Assembly (NCBI RefSeq): GCF_030144855.1
Contig: NC_082709.1
Location: 24,180,001-24,244,000 of the forward strand
Source: Hypanus sabinus
Taxonomy: Eukaryota
Direction of reading: 5' to 3'
DNA length: 64,000 nt
Shown piece by piece: positions 53,993 through 64,000 of the stretch. Positions within the stretch are counted from its first letter, which is position 1, and the number at the start of each line of letters is the position of its first letter. The notes beneath the pieces were generated by a model. That model had not been told where the DNA came from, did not search any database, and was given only the letters and a program-made list of their open reading frames with translations. The position numbers were made by a program, and so were the translations under genes.

Positions 53993-54171
53993 ATGCTTTG
54001 GAAATTATAACTGACAAATTGATTGCATCACTTTTACAAGCATCTTACATTAAATTGCCAACATTAATCTCCATAATCATCTTCACAATAACCATGTACT
54101 TAAGTATTTGATTGCATGTATTATGAAATTAACAATGTTTGGATAGTTATGTTGTGAATTTGAGAGATTCA

Positions 54172-54177
54172 AATAAA
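54172..54177 (+). terminator. Candidate CFAP210 polyadenylation signal
   Basis: First AATAAA, ~180 nt after the stop; another at ~54240. Confidence 0.45.
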
Positions 54178-56549
54178 TATCAAACAATGAAACAAGTATA
54201 GAACTTTTCTACTGTCAACTAAATTATATTTCTACCAAAAATAAAAACCTTTGAGGTGAATTTTACTTGACATTGACCTTAACAATAGCCAAGTAAAAAT
54301 TGACCGATAATGATCATGCTAATATTGAATAGTAATAATGCTATCAGTACAGGTTTTGATATTTCCTTTATCTGTTCACTGATCTTCATAGGCAATAGTA
54401 TTTAAATATAAGTGCCCTGCTTTGAGATTCTGAACTTTTGACCAGTATACCAAGTACAAATATAGTGTAATTATGACTAAAGTTTAAGCAATATTTTCTA
54501 CATTCAATGTACAGTATACTGAGCATTTTATTCAAATTCCATTGACTTTTACTATTAATCTGGGCCACTTCAAGATTTTATCCTCTAAATCTACTGTACT
54601 TGCTTGAAGATATGCAAAATAGAAATGTATCCTAGAAACAAAATTCTTGAAAAGCAGAGTGATGGGCTATACTTTAATAATGGCAGTGTTTCCACCAGCA
54701 GAGTCCGAATGAGAATTTTTCCACTTTCTGGACGCAGTATACATTCGGACAATTCCATAGCACATAGATTTGTGTTGAAGTTTTGAAGGTATTGGTATTT
54801 AGTTCTTTGGATATGCTTTGTTACGATTTTAATGGATTTCATGTGTGTCCCTCTAAACATTCACATTTAAATTTCTGCATGATGAGAAATTCAGTTGTCT
54901 ATTAAACTCAAGTTAGTATAAGACAATGGCAGATGAAGTTTCAGGGCTATTTCTCACCCTGTCAATGAGATTTCTGTCCTCTGATCCTTGTGTTATATAC
55001 TAAAGTAAGAGGTGGCAACATTGAGCATTTTCACTTAAATACGTTTTTGTTGCTATAGGTATATATGGAGAGTATAAATGGCATGAAATTAACTTTTCAC
55101 ACCAGCAGCACAAGATCAGGACACACAAGTTAACTTCACTTGTACATCATTTAAAAATGTGCAAAAATTAACAAACCAGACTGGTGATGGCATTTCAAAA
55201 GGATTGAAGAACAAAGTCTAAATCATGACTAATGTTTAAGCTGTTCAGCGCTGAGGCATGTGACGCCTGTCCAGGAGCCTGATAGCTGCAGGGTAACAAC
55301 TGGTGCTGAACTTGACGGTAAAGAGAGGGAAGCTAGTCAAACAAGGGCAGACTTTGCTGAACGCTTGTTGATTTACTGCTCCCATGCTTGACGATTTTAA
55401 TCTTGCTTGAGGCTTTAATAGGCAGAGTAATGGAGCTGACCATTGGTTTGTCTTTTGCTATTCAGCCTTGATGCAGCATTCACCCCTCAGGGATGGATGC
55501 CCCAGTCATACCTGCACTCGAGAGTTTAGTTGGCTAAATCCCTCTGGAGATTGCAAAAGTGCCAGATCGTTCAGTAGGTTCAAAAGAACATCTTTAAAAG
55601 GCTGCAGACTGCAGTTCAGAAGTATATCTACTAGAGTATCTAGTAGTTTAGTGAGCTAGCTACACATCATCGCCATTGGTCACTGGCACCATCTTGCTGA
55701 TCTTTTGAAATCACTGTATTTATTAGTATCATTGTACTCAGTATCAAGAGACATAGAAGTCTAGCAATTGTACAGCTGAGGGATGGAAAGGGGTTAAGAC
55801 AGATTCTGTAGGCTATCCAGAGATTAAGTGTTAAGGTAGGAATACAAACCCTTGTGTAAGTTCTATCACAGTCATCCAATAGTGTGTATAAGAAATGTAA
55901 GAGTAACATAAATTCCACTTAATCATTACCATAAATGGCCTCAGAGATGTCTCGCTCTCACACTTATGATATCATTTGGGACTTCTGTTACAGTTGTTCA
56001 GCTGCTGCAGAACAGAATTTTCAGGAATCATGAGAGACAGTTCAAATGAATGAGATGAAAGGCAGCACAGTTGCTTGCAAGGACAGATTGAGGTTTGGTT
56101 TTTGAACAGGGGACAAAGGACCAAGAGCACAGCCCTTGAGGATAGTAACAATTTATAGCAACAGCTAGCATGGAGGCTGAAGAGCCTCTGAGGGAAGATG
56201 GGGCAAAAAACAAGCATATCATAAACCTTTAATCAAATCTCTCCTCAGCCCCCACCACTCCATTCATATCAGAGAACTACAGATGAAAAAAAAGAGGCTG
56301 TTTAACCCGTAGCTTACTCTGTCAATGTTCTGGGTAAATGAATGAAATACATCAATATTTTGTTACATCTCTGAGAGTTAATACGAAAGGTAGCTTCAAA
56401 AGTATGAAGATATCACTGGTCTCACATTCAGGCTGAGAAAATGCACACCACAATGTTGGTGGATTACACACTTATGCAGCTGTATTTACAAATTTCAATG
56501 TCCAAGGACTTAGCTGTCATAACCAGTATTTGTTTGAAACATTAAAGTT

Positions 56550-57460
56550 TAAACCATAGGAATAAAATTTAGCACAGAAATAGGCCCTTCACCCACAATG
56601 TAGTGCCAAACCAATTAGTAATTAAACAGCTAACTAAACTAATTCTGTTTACACAATGTCCATATACTTCCATTTTCATGTGTCTATCTAAACATCTCTT
56701 AAAAATCCTTCACGTAACTGCCTCTACCACCACCCCAAGCAGCGCATTCCAGACTCCCACCATTCTCCATGTAAAACTTACCCCTCATATCTCATTTAAA
56801 ATCATCCTCTAACACCTTAAATGCAAGCCCTCTGGTATTAGCCATTTCAACTTTGGGAAAATGATACTGTTTGCCTACTCTACCTATACTTATCATAATC
56901 TTATAAACCTCTATCACATCTCCCCTCAGCCTCCACTGCTCCAGAGAAAGCACAAGTTTGTCCAATCTCTCATTGCAGCACATGCATTCTAATCCAGGCA
57001 GCATACTGGTAAACCTTTCCTGCACCCTCTCCAAAGCCCTAACATCCTTCCTATAATGGGGCAACTAGAACTGCAATATTCCTATGTGGCCTAACTAGTT
57101 TTATAAAGTTGCAAAATAACTTCCTGATTTTTGAACTCAGTGCCTCAACTAATAAAGGCAAGCACGTCATATGCCTTCTTAACCATCCTATCAACCTGTG
57201 TAGCCACTTCCAGAGAGCTATGAACTTTTGAACCCCAATACGCCTCTCCTCATCAACACTGCTATGGTCCATTACAAGTGTACTGTCTCTGCATTTGAGC
57301 TACTAATGTGCAACACTTCCCATTTGGCCAGGTTAAACTCCCACCTGCCATTTCTCTGTCCAGTCCTGCAACTGATCTGTATTGTGTTGTATTCTTTGCC
57401 CATCTTCTATGCTGTCACCACCACCCATCTTTATAACATTTGTATACTTACTAACCCACC
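56550..57460 (-). mobile_element. CR1 3' fragment
   Basis: PHYRKDVRALERVQERFTSMLPGLE...LRGDVIEVYKIM. Confidence 0.8.
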
Positions 57461-60315
57461 CTCTCACTTTTGTAGATTCATATTTTCCTTCTGTTCTTTT
57501 ATTCCCAAAGATTATCTTCCAAAAACTGGCATTTCTAAAAAAACTGGTTATTGAACATAATTTCTTTAAAGTTGAAGGGGAAGATTTAAATTAACACTAT
57601 AAGTGAAAAAGCTAGTGATTAGCTGTTGATTAATTGAACTATGTAGAAGTGTGTAATCTTTATTTTCATTTCTCACGTTTGTCTCACTTCAATCACAAAA
57701 AAAAACAAACTAGCCACAATAAGATCTGATCATAAGTTAAGCATTCCGCCGTAACTCACTTCCTGACTCCCAAAGCTTTTTCATTATCTACGAGACACAA
57801 TGGAGAATTCTTCCATCATTTGGTTAGGAGCAGTTTCAACCTGAGATATGAAATTCAAATCTATCTAGCACCAGGCAGTCAATACGATTGACACCTCATC
57901 CACAATTCAAAACAGCTATTCCTTTTATCACTACAAAAAGCAACAGACCTACATGTCAATGCTTTCCCGAGTACCTCCAAAATCTGAAAACACCCACACC
58001 TAGCAGATGAACAGTGTTCGACACACAGAAACATCACCACCTGCAAGTTCCTCTTTAGGTTATATGATTATTAGAATTCACGTAGCAGAACAATTGCAGT
58101 GATCCAAGAAGGTAGTTCACCAACACATTCTTAAAGATAATTGGAAATGGATAATAAATAGCAAACTTCTTACTGATGTTCACATCCTATCTACAAGTCA
58201 AAAATTGTTTTTGCACTTGGACCAGGTGCCAGCTGAAGTAGAACTCAGGTTTCTGTTAAGCGGTTGTTCATTTTCTCCACTAGTTGACCACTCCAGCAGC
58301 CAAGATGCCATATACTACACAATGGCAGACGTACTCGCAGTTGATAGGTAGATTTATACCACACAGAATAAGTTACATGCTTAAAACACAACACTGCAGC
58401 TCAAATTTACTGCTTTATATACATGAGAGATTATCTAATATTAGCACTTGAAGCTTTTAATAATTTTATTGCAAGGTAGGATTTATCATAAATTTTACAA
58501 ATAAAGTATGCTTGCAATATGATTTTATTGCATGATAGAACTTTGTAGAAAGTATCACGACCATACACTGTAACTATACACTTTCTAAAGAAACACAGTC
58601 TTTCAGAAATTACTACAGAATTTAATTATGTGGAGAAACGAATCTGTTTCCATGAGTTTAGAAAAATAAAGATTTTAATCTTTATCTTTTCATATGAATA
58701 AATTTAAATCAGAAAAATACAAGATGCTTCAAGAAAGAATCTGTGATAAAGATAACTTTTGGACAGTTTCAAGGACAAGAAAATAAAATAAACATTAAAC
58801 ATTGCTTGCCTCAAGCATTAAGATTCCTGAAGATATTTTCAAGACTAGGTAGTACAACAGGTATGTAGAACTTGCCATCAGTTAAATCTTAGTTAAAACT
58901 ACTCAATGGATCTCTGTTTAGAACTTGGATTTTGAATTAAGAAGGTGAAAGAGGAGTATCTGTTTCTCCAGATTAAGAGCTATGTGGAACATTAATCCAA
59001 ATGTAGAGGTTTGGAATAAAATACGATAGCATGACATTTCATTATATGAAACATGTTTGGTGCGGTGTTGTAATGCATTAACCATTAAACAATCACATGA
59101 AAGAATAAATTCCATAGCAATCTTTGCAAATACTTTTTATACTCCAGTACTTTTAGAATTTTGCGACTCAGCTTGATTGAGATCCATTACTATGGTGTGC
59201 TTCACACAAGTTCAATCAGAGTAAGTTTAAATGAATCAAAATTTCAAAAATGTATATTTCTGATCTGTAATCTCTAATTATCTGCAGTTTTAAGCTTAGC
59301 CAGGATCAACATCTAAGCAAATGAGGAAGATGAAATCAAATCGATGGGCAGGACGTTACATTAAATAAAAGTTCTAAAGCTCCCAAATCATGTTTGTCTT
59401 GTGTGCTGTTTATTGCATCACAACTAAGCTAAAAACAAGGTATTTAAGATTCTGCAATATTTTAATTGTGATATATAAAAATGAAGCTTATCATGGGCAG
59501 TTAAGCTGATATTTATAATAATACTCTGTATTCAAGTTAACAAAATATCAACTAATTATTTAATCACTTCCAGGGATGAATGTTGAAAACTAGTTTTAAA
59601 TGTTTTTTTTGTTTTATACTCCATATCAATCATCCTTATCAGAAAAAGCTGAAAATACTCCGCAGTTTTGGCAGCATCTTAAGTCCTGAAATGTTAACTT
59701 TAACTCCTTCTCCACAGATATTCCCTGCCCTAAGTGTTTCCAGCATTTTATCTTAATTCAGATTTCCAGTACCCGCAGTTTTCGTTTTTGGACCCTTGTG
59801 ATCTCACTGAGCAACATAGCCAATTTAATGTTAACCACATTGAATTGTAATCAATTTTAAAGAGACATTTGATCAAATCCCTTAAAATTTATTTCAAACA
59901 AGAACCCTACCAAGTTCCCTTAAACTACTCTTTGGAGAAAAAAACAAAATAAAATGTAAATTGCCAGAAAGCCTTCAGCCATTCAGACATACTATTGCCA
60001 GTAAAAATAAATGAAAATGATCACAATAAAGAACACAAAACTCAATCTGCAATGTCATTTGTTGTTTTAGAAACCAAAAAAAAAGTTAAAACTAATAAAG
60101 CTCCAAAAATTAAGTCATTAGATGAAACCAACTTTTGCAACACTTTACAAATTTATTAAAAGTCCAGTAATACAAATAATCGGGCTGCAGATTGTCAAAA
60201 AAAAAACAAACTCAACAGAAATCCAAGTTTAAAAGACATGTCCCAACCATGCCTCTGAAAAATAAAGATCACAGAAACATTTATTGGCAATTGATTGCTT
60301 ATCTGTAAAGCACAT

Positions 60316-61972
60316 TTATTCACTTTTATCTTCATCTGAACTTGGGGCTGAATCACAACTTGAATGCTTTTTATCATGGTTCTGATCTTTTACCCTGCTG
60401 TTTGACTGGTTACTTTTATCATATTTCTCTTCATTCTTTTCACTTTTACTATCGCCCCTTTTCCTCTTTAAACTGGGGCTACTACTTCGTTCCTTCTCCT
60501 TATTTTTCCCCTCATTCTCTTTCAGACTCTCAGAACTACTGCTTTGATCCCTAACCTGGCTTGTGCTATGGCTCTTCAGTTTCTCATGCTCCCTGCTGTG
60601 TAATTTTTTACCATTTGTACTTACAATTTCAGCTATTTTTAACTCCTTCTCCTTAATTTTATCTTCTGAACTTTTTGATTTCTCTTCTTTCCTAGAGTCA
60701 TCATGCCGATCCTTTTCAGGGCTTCTTCTATCTCTGCTCCTCGACCGCCCTCTTTTTTTCTGTTCTTTATCTCTGTTCTTTTGATATTCTTTGCTCTGAC
60801 TTCTATTCCTTTCTTTACTTCGAGTTCTCTTTTCTTGATCTTTATTCCTGCTGCGTTCCTCACCATTACTGCTGGATTTAGTCCAGTTTTCTCGGTGTTT
60901 GTGTTCCCTGTCTCTACCTTTGGAGTTTACATGCTTTTCTCTCTCTCTGCTTTTCTCTTTTTCCCTATCTTTACTTCTAGATTTTCCTCGCCTTCCTCTA
61001 TCTTTACTTCTATAATGCTGCCGATCCCTGCTTCTGGATTTGGCCCTTCTCCCTCGGTCTTTGTTTTTACTCCCTTCCCGATCCTGACTTCTAGATTTTG
61101 ATTTGGTCTTTTTTTCTTGTTCTCTGCTTTTGCTTCGTTCCCTACTTTTAGACTTTGATCTGGCCCGTCTTTCTCGATCTCCACTCTTACTTCTTCCTCG
61201 ACTTTTAGATCGTGATTTGGCCCGCTTAGCTCTTTCTTTGCTTTTACTCTCATCGCGGTCTCGGCTTTTAGACTTTGATTTGGCTTGCTTCCGTCCCTCC
61301 TTACTTTTACTTTGTTCTCGATCATTACTTCTTGATTCGCTCGGTTTCAGGGTTTCCTTGTTGTTACTTTGTTCTTGATCATAAGTGCTGGATTTTGATT
61401 CAGACCCTTTGTCCCTTCCTTTACTATTACTCTGTTCTTGATCACGAGTTCTAGATTTTGACCTGGCTCGTTTCCCCCTCTCTCTGCTTCTACTCTGTTC
61501 TCGACTTCTGGATCTTTCACGTTTTCTTCTCTCTTTACTTTTATTTCGTTCTTGCTCTCTGCTTGATTTTGCATGTTTGTCCCCCTCTTTGCCTTTTGCA
61601 TGTTCCCTTTCTTTGCTTCTCGATTTTGCCTTCTTTTCTTTGTTTTGTTTCTGCTCTCTGTCCTTGCTTCTGGCTTTGGTTTGCTTTTCTTTATCTTTGC
61701 TTCTGCTTTGATTTCTTTCTTTGCTCCTCGATTTATCTCTCCTTTTAGACTTGGTATTATCAAGTTTGTCATCTTTGTCTGTTTTCTTCTGTTCCCTTTC
61801 TTTACTTCTGGATCGATGATTCCTGCCGGAATCTTGGTCTGTTTTCTTCTCCTTCTCTTTGCTCCTCTCTTGACTCTCCAATATTTCTGATTTGTGGTCT
61901 GCAGCCACTCTCTCTTTTCCTCTGCCTGGACTTCTATCATCATGGTTTTCTTTCTTGTCATTCAGCTCACCC
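60316..61972 (-). CDS. PPIG: Peptidyl-prolyl cis-trans isomerase G (SR-cyclophilin), last coding exon, RS domain (~551 aa)
   Basis: Acceptor ...CTTAAAG| (AG at 61974-61973). Start GELNDKKENHDDRSP resembles human SELNEIKENQRSP; end HDKKHSSCDSAPSSDEDKSE resembles the PPIG C-terminus. Convergent with CFAP210 as in human 2q31.1. Cyclophilin exons lie beyond the right edge. Confidence 0.87.
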
Positions 61973-62954
61973 CTTTAAGTAGCAGTTGGAAAAGAAATGG
62001 GATTAGCAAACATATATGTTTGAATGTGCTCTTAAGAATAACATTTACTACAAATCTAAGAAAATTTACTTTGTTTTGAAATTGCAAGTTAAATAAAAAG
62101 TCATTTCACAGGAAAGGCTCACTCCAGAAATGAATAATGATCAATAAAGACCATTAATACAACTATATTTAATTTTTAAATATTTAAAGATAGAAAATAA
62201 TTATTTTAATTGTTTATTTAATTCAAATCACTTTAAACCTTGAGTATATTCTTGTTTAATAGTAACATGAATGATTTCAGTAAATCAGTAAAAATTTCTT
62301 ACTGCAATTATATAGGATGTTGATAACTAATGTGCGCAATTTTAGTCTTACTGAAAAGACATAAATGCCACTGGGGTAGTGCATCAAAAATTAACTTCAC
62401 TGGCTCCCAAATGGCAGTCTTGCTTTGAGGTAAAATTAAGTACGGGCATGCGTGTATTTTCTAGCGTACAGAAGAGTGACAGATACCACTTTGAAACTTA
62501 TGAAGTTCTAACAGTGAGAGGATGCATGTGGAGGGATGTCATTGAGAAATCTAAAGCAGGTAACACTTCACCTCTGAATAAGGAGCAGGCTATTTTAGAC
62601 TGCGATGAGAAGAAAAGCCCAACCAAAAGAGTCATGAAGCTCAGTCAGTGAATTCATTTCAAACCTGAATATTAGGGAAATAAAGGGATTTAGGTATACT
62701 CCAGGGAAATACAGTTGAAAATGAGGTTAGCAATAATTTGAAATTAATGCTGGAGCTGGTTCAGAGGACAAGATGGCTTACTTTTGCTCCCAATTCTTAT
62801 ATTCTTGTGATGAATATTTTAAAATATACTTTTAATTAACACTCTTAATAAATCGTCCAGTAAATTGAAGTCAACATTGTTTTAGAAAGATCCTATCCCT
62901 TGCATTTCTGCAAGGAAATGACAATTCAAGTGGGAAACAATATGAATGGTGAAC

Positions 62955-63515
62955 ACAAGATTCTGCAGAGGCTGAAAATCCAGAGCAACATACACACAAG
63001 ATGCTCGAGGAACTCAGCAGGTTCAGCAGCATTAATGGAAATTAATAAACTGTTGATGTTTCAGGCTGAGACCATTCTTCAGGACTGAAAAGGAAGTGGG
63101 AAAGACGCCAGAATAAAAAGGTGCGGAGAGGGGAAGGAGGACTAGCTGGAAGGTGATAGATGAGGCCAGGTTGGTGGGAAAGGCAAAGGGCCGGAGAAAA
63201 AGGTAATCTGACAGGATAGGGTGGACCATGGGAGAAAGGGAAGAAGGAAGGGCACTAGGGGAAGGTGATAGGCAGGTAAGGAGAAGAGGCAAGATGTCAG
63301 AGTGGGAATAGGAATAGAAGAGAAAAGGGAGAGGGCAATTTTTTTTTTTACCGGAAGGAGAAATCGTTGTTCATGCCATCAGGTTGGAGGCTAACTAGAT
63401 GGAATATGAGGTACTGCTCCTCCACCCTGAGAATAACCTCATTTCTGGCAAAAGGGGAGATCATGGACCAACATGACAGAATAGGAATGGGTATAGGAAT
63501 TAAGATGGTTGGCCG
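62955..63515 (-). mobile_element. Penelope-like element 3' fragment in the last PPIG intron
   Basis: Same GIY-YIG end, pyrimidine tract and tail as the other copies; hammerhead-like motif at 63050-63087. Confidence 0.78.
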
Positions 63516-64000
63516 CTGCCAGATGCAGTGGAGATGCTTGTTCCTGGAGTTGGTGGTCCTGGATTTATATTGGCAGATGACAACATTGCAATTAAAGAGG
63601 CAAGATGAAAATCATGGGGATGATGATTTAATCCTTGAAACTACCTGTAGGCCAGAAAGTAAACAGCGACCTAGGACCATTACATTCTGGTGGGCTACAG
63701 TGGAACATTAAGAGCTGATTCTAACTTCCATTAAAAAACAGACCCAAACACAATATTAACAATGGGTATGTAACAACGTTGGAATGAGTTGCAAGCGATT
63801 ATTTAGTCTATCAAAAAAAAACAAAGTATCAATTAAGAATTATTAGAAAACCAAAGTGTTTGTTTATTTCTATAATTTAGAGATACAGCATGGTAACAAA
63901 CCTTCTCGCCCAATGAGCTTGTGCCGCCCAATTAACCTACTAACCTCGTATATCTTTGTGGTGTGGGTGGGAGGAAACCAGAGCATCCAGATGAAACACA

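Noticed and set aside
54879-54984. ATGATGA...CTGA, a C/D box snoRNA-like pair
   Set aside because: No terminal stem, not intronic, and no recognisable rRNA guide.
54591-56222. Short ORFs between the CFAP210 and PPIG 3' ends
   Set aside because: No homology recognised; part resembles a decayed LINE tail.
60342-61961. Alternative-frame and antisense ORFs over the PPIG exon (up to 204 aa)
   Set aside because: By-product of purine-rich low-complexity RS coding; no recognisable domains.

Overview
Eukaryotic vertebrate genomic DNA. The repeat content (CR1, Rex1-like, Penelope-like, HE1/V-SINE) points to a cartilaginous fish, probably a ray; this is inference. Four protein-coding genes are present. 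(1) PHGDH exon 1 (- strand, 1334-1468; the gene continues off the left edge). (2) PHOSPHO2 (- strand, single coding exon 14905-15621). (3) CFAP210/CCDC173 (+ strand, 9 phase-consistent coding exons, 17352-53992, 562 aa), head-to-head with PHOSPHO2 across a CpG island with two RFX X-boxes. (4) The last exon of PPIG (- strand, 60316-61972), an RS domain built from tandem peptide repeats. The rest is mostly decayed transposable elements. Highlights: a Tc1 element very close to salmonid Sleeping Beauty (candidate horizontal transfer) inside a multi-layer transposon nest; minimal hammerhead-ribozyme motifs in Penelope-like element tails; an ATF4-type element in PHGDH intron 1; and PHGDH sitting where human has KLHL23. 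All homology calls are by eye from recalled sequences; no searches were run. I found nothing I can defend as a wholly new biological system.
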